A stretch of DNA of 61,517 bases, the filler included, from Rhabdomonas costata (taxonomy: Eukaryota), in assembly GCA_019059605.1 (NCBI GenBank). It is 20 parts of 20 records of this genome, joined end to end, with 100 filler letters (N's around TTAATTAATTAA, not from the genome) between each part and the next. Parts side by side here need not be neighbours in the genome. Positions count along the whole stretch, not along the records: positions 12,338 to 15,319 come from JAHMHO010001601.1; positions 15,420 to 18,402 come from JAHMHO010001602.1; positions 18,503 to 21,486 come from JAHMHO010001603.1; positions 21,587 to 24,569 come from JAHMHO010001604.1; positions 24,670 to 27,651 come from JAHMHO010001605.1; 15 more parts are not named here. One strand, 5' to 3'. A program made the position numbers and the translations under genes. Positions 12,577-25,089 of this stretch are shown here, piece by piece. Within the stretch, counting starts at the first letter, position 1; each line of letters begins with the position of its first letter. Below the pieces are notes generated by a model. The model was not told where the DNA came from, did no database searches, and saw only the letters and a program-made list of their open reading frames with translations.

Positions 12577-15197
12577 GTCAAGTGGAGGCCCAGGGGGAAG
12601 AGGCGGGCAGCTCTGGACCGGACTCCTACTTCTACACCGTGGCTCTGCACGGGTTCTCTCGGGCAACCCAGGCCGCATCTGAGCCATACTCTGGGGAGGC
12701 CCTGGGCCCTGTGGTTCGGGCAGTACTGCGGCGGGCTGCGCAGGGCCGGTTATCTGTGAGCCCTGCGCTGCAGCGGGCTATGCTGGAGGGCCTTGTGGTG
12801 GCCCACCGGTGGGCCGAGCTTTTGGAGGTTCTGGAGGCAGAGGGAGGGAGTGCGGTGGGCCTGAAGTACTTCAACGCCCTCCTGGATGGGTTCGGTTTGC
12901 CCCTCCCTGACACCCGCGCATATCCCCTGTTCCTGACAGCTTTACCCTTTTCCCATTTCTTTTATGGCACCCATGTTGAGCGTGGGTGGTGGAACGTGAG
13001 TGGTCGGGTGCGGGTGCAGGGTGCGGTCGCGTCGTCAAAAGTATTCGCCCGTCTTACGGGATAAGTGGTTTTTCCAGGGATGGAAACTCTTATCACAACA
13101 CATTTTGCGCATGCCAATGCCTTTGAATGTTATTTTGGTGGCAATTTGTGTTTCAGTCGTTTCCAATGTGTAATGTTTTCAGTGTGTGCGTGTGCGCTCA
13201 GGTGTGGGATGTGTATTCTCCTGCGCTCGCGTTTACGCTTGCAGGGAAGGCCAGCCAGTTCGACCAGCTTCAGAAGGTGGTGGAGCTGATGCAGAAAGCT
13301 GGCCTCTCCCCAGACACCGTCACCTTCAACACCTTGCTCAGCGTCTACGGCAAGGTACTCTAAGGTGCCCGTAAGTTCCCCCGATCAGTTTTGAGACAGC
13401 ACCACAACCTTTGCTCCTGGGCCCCATTTTGGATTTGGGGGACCCATGCTCCAATGGTTCAAAAGCAGTAAGCGGTAGGCTCAGGCCGCGCCTCGGACCT
13501 TTGATGCAGGGTCCACCAAAACCTAACAGTAACACGCAACACTGCAATCCATCAAGCTTGCAGCGAAGAATAAGGAAACCGATACCTTCAAAGAGAATGG
13601 GACGAGCTGAATGCAGCGGGCGGGGGCTGAAGGGCGCAGAAGCGAAGCGGTCAAGGAATGGTTAACGTGAAGATCGGGGGGGGGGTAATTTTCGTGACGA
13701 CAACTCGAGCGCATGAATATCAATGGGCACCACCAGAAGAAAAAAGAAGGCATCTAGGTTCTTGGATAAAACTCATCTGGGTTCTGGGTTCTTGGTTCTT
13801 TTTATCCTGCTATCTTTCGGGGGAAACAAGCATCGCGATACACGTCTGCTAGTTGATGAAAAACCTTGTGTGATGGTTGGGCGGTGAACCCCTCAATGGC
13901 ACACATTTCTGGCTTCGTGCTTGTGTGTTTGGGTGGTCAGCACCACCGGCTGGAGGTGGTGGCTCAGCTGGAGGCGCAGATGCAGCGTGCCAGGGTGCCT
14001 GCCAATGCCCGGACGTACACCATCTTGGCGGGCATCTACGGCAAGCTGCAGCGCTGTGATCGGGGTTTGTGGCTTGCGGCTTGCACTAACTTGGAGCGAG
14101 AATACATACATACCAGAACAAAACATCCGAACATGCCTGACTTGGACCTTCATAATATATAGGTATCCGTACACACCGAGAATCGAGATCCCTGCGTTGG
14201 GCATATGATAAATTCGCCGGAGAAGGGATTGAAAGATGAGACAGAAACGCTGATATGATACGGTTGGGGTGGGGGCGTGGATCCCGGAGTTCGATAAATG
14301 TTCGGGCAGCTAGGGAGATGGGCGCAAAAATGCAAAGGGGCACCCTTTCGCACATAGTGGTGGAGTTGTACCGCCAGGCCAGACAGGCGGGCGTCGCGGC
14401 CGACGCGCACCTCTACACTGCGCTGATCGCGGCCTTCGGAAGCTGTGGACGCGCAGATCTCCTGGACGAGGTCTGGGCTGAAGCCCGGGGCTCTGGAGTC
14501 AACCTTTCTGTGGTCACCTTCAACGTACTCATCGACGCATACGGTGACCGTTCCACTCCCACCCTTTTTTTTTCCAATTAGGGAAGGTTTTTGATTGGAT
14601 ACAAAGGAACCGTGTTCCCCAAGCTTCCCAAGAAACTCCAGTGGGCATGAAAATGTATCACACCACCAATACCACCATTCTCCCCGCTCTCTAAAAACCT
14701 AAGTGCCGGACAATCTACCACCTAGACGAAAACGTTTTGCCGCCTTTGCCAGGGTTGTGCAGAAAGGGACAGGACATGTTGAATGCTTCTTTTAGGCGCT
14801 TCGTTTGCCCCAGCAGGACAGCTTCTGCTACACAATGTGAGGTGGTAGAGAGAGAGCTTATGGCGGGAGGAGGTGCAGAGGGAAATTTCGGGAAACTGGA
14901 AGAGGTGAGGGCATCAACACCCTCCCACTGGGATTATTCCTCTGATATTCCTCAGCGAAGCAGCAGCGGATAGATGCCCTGTGCGGGGTACCCGCGGAGA
15001 TGGCCGCTGCAGGGGTCTTGCCCACCACAGCCACGTTCAACGGGCTGCTCTCCGCCTTCTCCCGGGCGGGCCGGCTGGACATGGTGCGGCAGCTCCTGGA
15101 CGCAATGCGGGCCTCTGGCCTGGCCCCGGACGACCACACCCGATGCATCCTGAGGACCCTGCCGGTTTCCGTCTTGCCCTCGGCATCGCCTGGTTGA
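12577..15197 (+). CDS. P-class pentatricopeptide repeat (PPR) protein, C-terminal part; exons 12577-12894, 13245-13354, 13941-14064, 14358-14543, 14956-15197
   Basis: Tandem ~35-aa repeats: PDTVTFNTLLSVYGK, ANARTYTILAGIYGK, ADAHLYTALIAAFGS, LSVVTFNVLIDAYA, PTTATFNGLLSAFSRAG. All GT-AG junctions are phase-consistent; stop at 15197. Confidence 0.93.
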
Positions 15198-15419
15198 GAG
15201 TATCCGGTTTACTGTGGAAGACTGAGAAATACTGCGGAAGTTAATTCTCGCTCGGCCCCCCGCAACCATTCGAATTCTTCGCACACTCTTCTTGAGTGCG
15301 AAGGGGGTTCACCACAACCNNNNNNNNNNNNNNNNNNNNNNNNNNNNNNNNNNNNNNNNNNNNTTAATTAATTAANNNNNNNNNNNNNNNNNNNNNNNNN
15401 NNNNNNNNNNNNNNNNNNN

Positions 15420-18131
15420 ACCGCGAAGAAGGACAAGATCTGTCAGGAATACCTCAACGGGACATGCAAGTTCGGCGACGAGTGTATCTTCGCCCACACC
15501 AACGTCATCCCTACGGATGACAACGATGCCTCCTATGTAAAGGTCCTCTCCGCGCTCCTTCGTTCCCTCTCTTTCTCTTTTCAAATACACCAGGCTACAC
15601 CGTTTACTCAGATTTTCGCCCCAGCACATCACAGGATTCCACGAAGGACCAGCGGCATAAATATAGGCTAACAAAACTTCGGTTCGGCTGTACCAAGGGA
15701 AGTCTTTCTTCGGTGCACTAGGAGTCTGCTTTAGGACCGGTTGTCTTGGCTGCCGTTTTGACTGAGCCGAAATTGGTTAGATAACATTTGTTTTTGTTTC
15801 GGCCGCCTCCTCCTATAAAAAACAACTGCGCTCATCCGTTTCCTTTCTGTCGGAGCCAAAAATGTGTGCTCCCTGTATGTATAACCCATTCCTCACCCCA
15901 CCGAAACTCTGTTCGTGCCGCTTTGTTCCTGCCTTTTGCAGGAGTGGAAGTGCAAAACTCCGACCTGTGGGCACCTGAATGAGCTGGGAAAGCAGATGTG
16001 CTCTCGGTGCAAGATGCGCCGCCAGATGGGCACCGCAAGGTTCAAGAATGGCACTCAGGTTCTGAGGCAAACCGCTCAACTGCTTTCTCCACGCTCTCTG
16101 TCATGGAGTGGCTTTTCAGCTCTTCCTCGGGCTCCGGGCTGAACCGAACCCTTGCGTGACCGAAGGCTCTGCACTTGTGAGTTCTTTGCTGTGGCATATG
16201 GCACATCATAAGTGATACCGGAAATGTTAAAAAAAAACAATACGAAAATCCCGAGAATAATCCCGAGAAAAATCCCGAAAAAGCTCGACAATAAAAAAAA
16301 CACGAATGAAAATTTTCCGAAAGAAAATACGAAGATATTCAGATCCCTTTTCATGTTGGGAGGGTACATGCATTATTAGGTGCATCTTATCTACGATGGG
16401 CGCAGCCACCAACTGCGTGGGGGAGTTAAGGATGCTCCAAGGCAAAGCATTCGTTGGTCATCTGTGATGACCCAGCACGTGTTCCCCCATCACCTTTGTA
16501 ATGATCGAATTGCTTAACTGCGGAAACAGATGAGGTGAGGTTGCTAATTCTGTCTTTGGCGTTTGCCATAGAAGTCGTTCTTTATGTTTACTTTTGGCCT
16601 ACTGCCTTATCAGGTCATGCTGTCCCACAACAAGATTGTCATCATTGATGAGGTCATCAAGCGCACCTTGTTCCTTGTGGAGGACGGGAAGACCCGCCCG
16701 GAGCTCACTCAGATCATCACAGCAATGAAGCAGATGAACCTCTACGGACAGGTCCCCTTTTCGCATACCCCCTTCCTCTCTGCGACTACGAATTTGATCT
16801 GCTGTTGCATCTGAGTGAAGAAGCAGAGTAACTGATTATTTTTTCCTTCGTCCAGAAACTCACTGGACGCCACAGCTTCCATTATCACCAAAGGCGCAGT
16901 TTAATTGAGGTTGGAAAGTTGAGAGGCTTTAAAACCCTTCATTTGCCATGTGGATAAATCTGTCGCTTGGTAGTTTCGTCAATTGGGTTCCACGCAGGGT
17001 CATTTCGGTTTTGTAATCCGACTCAGCTCACCGCGCATCCATCGGGTCGCCTTCAGGATGATGTCCTCATCTTTGCCCCCTGCAGCTGTAGAAAAAAAGC
17101 CCCCACGTCCGTTCCCTTATCCTCGGTCGGCTTCAAACTTCCGCAGGGACGAACCTGCAGACCAGCTCCTTATGGCTTACGTGTATTCCTCTGCCCATGA
17201 GAGCGCCCATGTCCCTCAGACACCCCACTCAATCGGCGCGCGCCCTGTCTCTTTTCCCACAGGTTTTGGGAATGATCACTGCTTTCTACCCTTCTTCAGA
17301 GTGCTACATGCTGAGGCTAGCTGATGGGAACAGCTTTATCTGCCCTGAGACGCACTGCCAGTCCGGGTACCCCCCCCCCGCATTCCAAATTACCCCTTCT
17401 TCCCTGTCTTTGCTCGCCACGCCGTGCATTATGCATTTCGCGCGCGTTCTAACACTTGGATCGCGAGAACGCATCGGACGGAAAGCTTTGGGGAGCTGCG
17501 CAACGTGTTGTTGTGCTACAATTGAAAGGCTGCTGCATATACGTTGGCAGCGAGACGGTTGAAGTCGTGCTAAGTGGTTCCACATTTTTCTGAGATTCCT
17601 TTAGTGATTTCGCAGTGCAGGGGAGGGTCTATTGGTATTCCCGTTATGACATTAGGGCCCGCGGCACCTCAGAGGTAATGATAACAGAGAAAGTCAAACT
17701 CAGCTTGAAAATAAGCACACCCGGCAGTGGAACACAGTTTTTACGTCGCCCGGCTTAGCTTCTAAAGTCCAAATGCGTGGTGTATGTGTGTTTCCAGGAA
17801 CCTCCGCCCAGCACCAGAGGGGTGACCAAAAGAAGCGGCCAGGCGCGGGATAGCTGGATGCAGCAAAGACCTCCCCCAAAAACCGCGCCATTTGTGTGTG
17901 TGTGTGTGTGCACAAAGCGTGTGGCCGCGCGGTGTGGGTTTGTGGGGGACCACCCTTCAGGGTGGACCGGTGGACGTGCGAGCGGTGCAAGTTCTCCAAC
18001 CTGGGCGAAAACAAGGCGTGCAAGCTGTGCTACCTGCCGCGCGAGGGCGAGGACGCGGAGCGCCAGCGGGTGACCAAGGAGAGGGAGGACCGCGAGCGCC
18101 GCGAGCGCGAGGCCAAAGAACGCGAGCGAAG
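15420..18131 (+). CDS. CCCH zinc finger plus two RanBP2-type zinc fingers, probable RNA-binding protein, partial; exons 15420-15542, 15942-16058, 16614-16751, 17263-17366, 17961-18131
   Basis: ICQEYLNGTCKFGDECIFAH (C-x7-C-x5-C-x3-H); WKCKTPTCGHLN...CSRC; WTCERCKFSN...CKLC; then an R/E-rich coil. Phases are consistent. Confidence 0.85.
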
Positions 18132-18553
18132 GTGTGTGTGTGCACAGAGCCCACACACGGGCCTCGGGCCTCGTGTGGTGGGTCCTGCCCCCCTGTGTGT
18201 GGTTCTGTTTTGGTTGATTCTCTTCTTTGACTTAGGGACAGTTGTGCTTGTTTGTTTGCGTTTGTGTAGGTTTGTGCGATGAAAAGACGTAGGGTGCGCT
18301 GATCCCGAGCGAGGAAGGGGAACACGCTCCAACGGTACCTCTCGCGAGCACCCAACAGCGCGAGCGCCAGTAAGTCCACAGTCATTCAGGCAACACCCAA
18401 CANNNNNNNNNNNNNNNNNNNNNNNNNNNNNNNNNNNNNNNNNNNNTTAATTAATTAANNNNNNNNNNNNNNNNNNNNNNNNNNNNNNNNNNNNNNNNNN
18501 NNGGTTGTTTGTAATCCTTCGGCAGTTTAGCACATCTTCCACAACTGCAAAAG

Positions 18554-20480
18554 GCACCTATGCCATCCTCCCCGCGTACGAGGCTGACCTCTTCGGCGCG
18601 AAGTACGTCGGCGCCATCCACGGCCGTTTCTTGCTGGCGTCCACTGCCGCAGGTCCCTTTTCTTCACCCTTTTTCCACTTCCCCTCAGCATGCTTCCATC
18701 TTTTCCGGGAATCTTACAGCAAAAAGCTTTTCACAACAGATCAGTGGCTGTGTTTGCTGAAGTGATGCTGAGCGCAACGCCTTTTCTGGTCCGAAAGTAT
18801 TGTGAGGCATGGGACCACAACCAGCCATCCTCACCGCCTCTCCGAAACCAAACAGTGGTGGTGATGGGATCAGTGGCGGAATGGGGCAGGTTTTTTGACC
18901 GAAGGGGAGGCCTTTTTCTTCTGTGTGCCCTTCTATGCAACAGCTCTGGCGGGGCCCTCTCTGCTGCTCACCCTGCGGTCCCGCAGCACCAACAGCGCTA
19001 TGCAGGACTTGCTGACTAAGGTGGACCCCGCGAAGTTCCAGCAGGTGAGCGTACCGTGTGCACAGCCGAGCGTGAGTGTGGGTTTACCTGCACCTCTTCC
19101 TCCTGGGATTCTTCACCCAAATGGATGTGGTTTTGGATCAGCTTGTTGCTTTGTCATTACTAGTGTTATTCAAACCAACAAATGGAGCGTCCTTGGATGT
19201 AGTATCAGATGAACTTGAAATACAGAGTTTGGGACGGTTTTGAGGAATGAAGCTGTGAAGGGAACTATGAAAATGGAATGTGGGGGAGAAGCCGTTCGTG
19301 CGTGACATGCAGGAAATGCTTGGTGGGGCGTTTCGAACCGGGAGATTTTCTCAACTCCAACACAGATCTTCCGTGTGCCCGTGGCGGAGGCTCAGACGCT
19401 GATCGAGACGAAGACCATCACCATTGCCAAGCTGATGCAGCTGGTATGTCAGGGGCCCGAATGAAGGTTAGTGGGTAGCGTAATGGCATGCTTATCCTTC
19501 CTCACCTGAGATACGTTTCTTTCTTCCTGCAGATGCATTCTTCGTGCACGAGCCGTAGCGGAAATTTTGCGTTGCATTTTCCTCGACATGAACCAAAGTC
19601 TTGGGGGGGGGGCTGAGAGCTCAGAGAGGTGATGGGAGGAGAAGCATTCTCTACTTTTCGTTCTCACATTTCGCGTCTTTTGGGGGCAAAAGACATATCT
19701 TAAGTGTTTCTTCGATCGTAACCTTTGACATCGGCAATCGATAACGGCTCTCTTTAGGTTTTAATCGTGAACGAAAATTGACGATAATGTGCCCTATTGC
19801 GTCGCTCCTTGCTTCGCTCTGCTCTGCTGGCCTTCTTTCCCTTTCAGGTTCCTCCGGGCACCCGCAACCCCACTCCCTTCGTCTACGACACCACCATGTA
19901 CACAATGGCTGGGTATCCTTTCTCACCCCAGCGTGGGGAGTGGGGTGAGTCGCTTCCTGCATGTGCTCTCGCCTACCTTGATTTTGCACCATAATAAGCA
20001 AATTGAAATCGATTACCAGATTACCAGTGGATATCAATTACCTGAACTCGTGCTTTTGTGCCATTGTAGCTACCTAAATCCTACAATCCTGTGCGTCCCT
20101 TTGGTTTGTACCAAAAGGATGAAATAGATAAGCTGCAAAGCATGTCCTTTCAAACGTCTGATTCAAAACTTTCGTGGCAAATCGGTGCAAGCCATCCGTG
20201 CCTGCCTCAGGATTTACGTTTGACTACTTCCTCTGTGGACTCTATCTCGGGTGAGGATCTCGGGTGAGTAATTTCTTTTGCTCACATTACTCAGCACAAG
20301 TATAGTTGTGGTGGCCCCCTCGGTAACGAGCTCGTGCCGAAGCACAATGTTTATGTATGTGCTGCAATAAAGGGAATGGTAGTGGTGGCGGGGTTCCCCC
20401 GCTCACTCAGGTTCATGGCCATGGCTGCCATTTGCCACGCCTTTGTGAAGCCAGTCGACCCCAAGTACTTTGAGAAGTAA
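18554..20480 (+). CDS. MFS transporter, oxalate:formate antiporter (OFA)-like, C-terminal part; exons 18554-18652, 18944-19044, 19366-19443, 19848-19912, 20411-20480
   Basis: GTYAILPAYEADLFGAKYVGAIHGRFLLASTAAALAGP...TIAKLMQLVPPGTRNPTPFVYDTTMYTMAGFMAMAAICHAFVKPVDPKYFEK*. All junctions are GT-AG and in phase. Confidence 0.85.
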
Positions 20481-21389
20481 AGTGAATGGCGGGACGGGGA
20501 GGTGACAGGGAGGCTTCAGATTCCCATTCCTATAAGTGTATCCTTGTGGGTGTGGAGATTGCGAGTGTGGTGACTCCACAGGCTGTGGAGCTCCTCCAGG
20601 TTCGTGTGTGTGTGTGAGTACGTTGGTGTGGGTGGGTGAGTGGGTGGGTGAGTGGAATGGCAACTGCCTCTCATCGACTCCGGTTTTTCCTGAATTAGAG
20701 CTCGTTCTCCAGCTTGCGTAAAGATCCGCGGCGCCCTGGACGCTTGTGTTGTGTCAACCCAAAGTCCAACCCGAACCGCATTGCCGCACCGTTTCTCTTG
20801 GGTGTCGTTTCTATGCTCGGTTCTTTCTGGCCTGTGCTTTGGAACCTACTCTCCAGTTTTCCCGCAGATATTCAGGAGACCCTGCCGAGCAGAGGAATTT
20901 AATCCCAATGTTTTGTGGAAAGATTCGGTTAAACACAGCTCACCCTGGGGGCTTTTCATTGCTCTGACAATTGCGACTTTTGGGAATACTCTGTGTGATT
21001 CATCGGCTGTTTCATCGATAACGGCACGTTTCATGCGATGAAAGAAAGTTTGGTGGTGGTAGAACCCAACCCCACGATGCTGCGACGCTTTCTCTCCTTA
21101 GAAACACACACTCATGCCGTTGTTTCATGTTCACACAACCGAACCGCAAAGGAGCGTTTCAACGAGAGGGAGGCAGCGGAGCAGTGATAAATGGAAAAAA
21201 GTAACTGCAGAACGAAGGCCCGGCAGAAGGGAGGTTAACAGATGTGGAACGCACGACCTCTAGCAAACATTCGTGGTCAACACATCGTTTGCCCATAAGT
21301 TGACAGCAGTGGCAGTATGCAGTCATATGTCAGCGCGCAGTGCGCCCAACAGACACAATTTGCAGCTCTTTTTCTGTCTACCTTCTCGG

Positions 21390-21486
21390 ATGACGGACAC
21401 ACCCTCCTCCTCCGCGGCTGCTGCTCCCCCTCAGTCCGTGGGGGAACAGCCTCAAGCTCTGCATCCTATGCACCACCTGCACCACC
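21390..21486 (+). CDS. Probable N-terminus of the next co-oriented gene (MTDTPSSSAAAAPPQ...)
   Basis: ATG lies 25 nt after a TTTGCAG acceptor and the frame is open to the contig end. Confidence 0.4.
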
Positions 21487-21586
21487 NNNNNNNNNNNNNN
21501 NNNNNNNNNNNNNNNNNNNNNNNNNNNNNNTTAATTAATTAANNNNNNNNNNNNNNNNNNNNNNNNNNNNNNNNNNNNNNNNNNNN

Positions 21587-23362
21587 TGGGACTTCTACTG
21601 CGCGGCGCGGGACCTCATTGCGCGGAGCGGGATCGAAGTGACGGATTTCTTTGTGAGCGGGTGGTCGCAAGGGGGCTGGGTTACGCTGCAGCACCTGCAC
21701 AACGTATGTGCTGTTTGGTAGGATTTTTTAAATTCGGATAACGCCATTTCCATCCCCTTGCCTTTTTTTATAGATAGCTTGGGATGACTTTTTTATTCGT
21801 GGTTTCTCCTTGTCACTTGTCGGTTCGTTTGTTTTTGAATCTCTTTTTTGTCAAGGTTTACCAGCGGTTGCTTTTCTTTTTTTCTCTCGCCTTTCACTCG
21901 CATCTGTTTCTCCGCAGCTGGAGACCCGCGGAGTGCAGGTCGTCGCAGCCGCAATTGCCAGCACCCCCGTGGACTTCACTCTGTGCGTGAATCGGTGGAT
22001 GAACAACCCACTGCCCATCGATGCTCCCTACTTTCCAGGCTGCTTCACCCTGCAGCTCGTCGCCCAGGAGATTTACCACAACGTGCCGGGGTTGGTGGCG
22101 TCGGCAGTGAAGCCGGAGTATATTGAGGCTGCCCTGGCCTTTTACCGCGGCCAGATCGACTTCACGGAGTTCTCCAGCAAGACTCCCTTGAAGCTCGCCG
22201 AGTACCTGAACGAGGAGTTCCGACAAACCGGCTTTGCCTGTGACTCCCCGTTCTGGAAGATCTTGGAGACCTCCAACGCCTATCGCTGGCGAATGAAGAC
22301 CCCTTTGCGCGTTTATTGGGGTGCGTCATTTGCTAATTCTTCTTGCGCGGGGGGCCCCTTACTGGTTCTTCGCGATTAACAACGTAGCAGAGTGTAGAAA
22401 TGTTTCGTCCAGATTCCACCAATCTCAGCGAATCTGGAGTCGCACTACGAGTCCTGTCCCCGTTGGTCCTGCTCCTCGAAGAACAAGCCTGATGGTGAGA
22501 ATTGTAGTGCTGTTGACCCAGAGGAAGGCAAGCTGTTGTCTTCTTTGGTTAGACGCGGTCCCGACCTCACAGTGCACTCGGCAATGTGCGGAACAACGTA
22601 CAGGAGCAACGTATTCGTGTAGCCCTGCTACTCCAGAGGGGATACAAACCCATAAAAGCTCTTGCGTCTGGGTGCAGGAGTATTTCCGCCAATGGGGTGG
22701 AATTATAGGAGCCCCAGTGTCCAAATTGAAGGTCGGAGCTCCTGGGCTCAGGAGTTGAGGCCGATGTGTGCACATATGCAGTTCACGGATCCGCTGCCAA
22801 GGGAGTGGTACAAGGACCCACTCATCAACAAGCACACAGCACCATGACATGATGACAAGCACACAGCACCATGACAAGGTGTGCTCAGGGAGCAACGATA
22901 TCCCGGCAAACAAGGCGAACTCGAATTCGTCCAATTATAATACTTGAAGGATTAGGAGATATTTGAGGTTCTAATGTGTTTTCTTCACGTTTCATTACCG
23001 TGGTTTTTGCCGGCTCGCTGCTGTTTGAAGCGCTTACAGATGCGGAAATCTCGGTCTTTTTCATAGTGTGCTGGAGAGTGCGTTTTCTGTTTTCGCGAGT
23101 TTATGTCGGAAGCTCAACTTTATTTACTTCAGCGGCTGCAGGGGCATTCCAACTCCTCGTTTCTGGACTCTTATTAGGTGGCTCCGATGAGGTGACCCCG
23201 AAGGCGATCGCCTGTCTCCCAGAAAACACCCAGGCCCTATTGGGTGGGACGCCCGTGCAAACGATCTATTCGGGGGACCTGGCCGACCATCGTGGAGTGT
23301 ATGTACACGGCCTTCTGGACCAGAAGATCTGGTTTGACAGCCTCCTTCGCGGCGGGAAGTAA
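21587..23362 (+). CDS. Alpha/beta hydrolase (secretory-lipase-like, bacterial-type), C-terminal part; exons 21587-21703, 21918-22320, 23178-23362
   Basis: Nucleophile elbow FVSGWSQGG, acid in YWGGSDEV, His in ADHRGVY, and C-terminus KIWFDSLL. Two in-phase GT-AG introns; stop at 23362. Confidence 0.85.
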
Positions 23363-24421
23363 GCAGTGCACCAACTGAGAGAAAAAGCGGATTCTAGGCG
23401 CGCATGCGGATGTGAGGGGCAAATTTTTTATCCTCAGCACCAGCGTCCTTCAATTCCTTCAATTCTGGTGCCTTTTTGAGCGCGATGTACCCACGGGAGC
23501 CATGATTTTTCACACCTTTTTCCCACTTTTTTATTTTCCATCTGTGATCTCTGCCTGTGTTTTGTGGTGGCTCGAGCGCCCACTCGCTTTGCAGAGTAAG
23601 CCTTCGATGCACCAATGTCTCTTTTCTTTTTTTTTGTTATGTGGTGGAGACCACCGTGTCCCTTCCACTTTGCTTTTCTCTCATGAGTACCGCCTTAGCG
23701 TGCGTTTGTGCATGCTCGCAACTGCTCTGCTCACAGAATACGGAAAGTTCTTATTCTGATGTGGGTTACTGGGCAATGCAGCTCAAACAAAACAACCAGC
23801 GTTTTTTCTGCACACAAGCCCCCCCCCGGTCGTGAAGGCTACTGCTGAAAATGGTATATGGGGCAGCCGCCGATGTCGATGTCGGCCTGCTAAAGGTTTC
23901 CGCTGCTGCCAAATTGCGCCTCCATTCAGGTGGTACACGCGTGCTCTCAATGCTGGAGGATCTTGGGATCTTGGGCAGTCTAAATCCCTCTGTACGCCAG
24001 ATGTGACTGTTCCCACCAGTTTTTGCGCCGAGTCTGATCATATGTGGGCTTCCCGTTCGACGTCGGGCATCGGCTTCGGCGTTGTTCGGCTGCCTTGGCT
24101 CAGTCTTCGTGGCCTTGTCGATGTTTATTGTCACCTCCAGTAAGCCCTGGTGTTTGTACCCTCGGCCGGCCGGGCCTCACAACAAGCTATCAATACACAG
24201 TGTATGTCTCGTGTAGTTGGCACATTCTCGCTTCAACTCTTCGTTTCTGAGTAGAGGATACCAGGGCAGGGATATGGAAGTCAAGTAGTTTTGGCAACAA
24301 GCTTCCATCCCTGCGTACAGACAGGCAGGCCCAATGGCACAACCCTTTTCCTCTAACGTGTACCTGAGCATTCATTTTTCTGACTCTTCCGCTTCCCTCG
24401 GTCTGTTCTTTGAGCATTTTC

Positions 24422-24563
24422 GTTTACATCGGCTCAATATGGCCTCTGCCCAAGCCACCTCCCAAGTCGGTGCCGTGCAGTACACCTCAGAGGAGCTGTC
24501 CATCTACGACCTGGCCCGCCTGGGAGGTGGCTTGGGCAGAGGCCATATTGAGCCGATGTAAAC
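24422..24563. repeat. Terminal fold-back inverted repeat (43-bp arms 24422-24464 / 24521-24563), probable amplification artefact, overlapping a probable gene start at ATG 24439
   Basis: Perfect reverse-complement arms adjoining the A/C-only tail. Confidence 0.9.
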
Positions 24564-24830
24564 AAACACNNNNNNNNNNNNNNNNNNNNNNNNNNNNNNN
24601 NNNNNNNNNNNNNTTAATTAATTAANNNNNNNNNNNNNNNNNNNNNNNNNNNNNNNNNNNNNNNNNNNNGGTGTTGTGGTAGCTTTCTAGAGTTTTCCGA
24701 GTGTCTTGCGCTACGTAGCCCAAGATCCTAGGTGGTCCTAGCTGGTTTCGGAAGTATCCAGCGTCCCGTTTACCATGCTGCATACTTGACTTGATGGGAG
24801 CTGTATAATTGACTCGATCGAGGGGACGGG

Positions 24831-24866
24831 GGGCATAATTGAGGGCATAATTGAGGGCATAATTGA
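24831..24866. repeat. Tandem repeat (GGGCATAATTGA)x3
   Basis: Three consecutive 12-mers. Confidence 0.9.
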
Positions 24867-25089
24867 CCTTCGGTGAATTGCATTTTGGGGTTGAGGGCGT
24901 TCACCCTTCAGCAACGTTAAACGTTGAAGGCCCCCCCCCCTAAAAAGTGCAACAGCCCACCTTTTTGATACCTAACATGCCACTACCAACATAAAATATG
25001 TGCTTCATCGAACGTTTCGCTGGTTCGAAACCCGGTCAGCGCAGCGCGGATGGCTATTGTAAGAGTAAGGGCATGACAAAAGACACGGG

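Noticed and set aside
22828..22878. Two-copy repeat ACAAGCACACAGCACCATGACA and other short intronic repeats (16247-16280, GT microsatellites)
   Set aside because: Ordinary slippage repeats without unique spacers or associated genes; not CRISPR.
24439..24561. MASAQ...SEELSIYDLARLGG as a SUMO E1 (Aos1) N-terminus
   Set aside because: The diagnostic RQIRLWG is absent, and sequence from 24521 onward is the fold-back arm.
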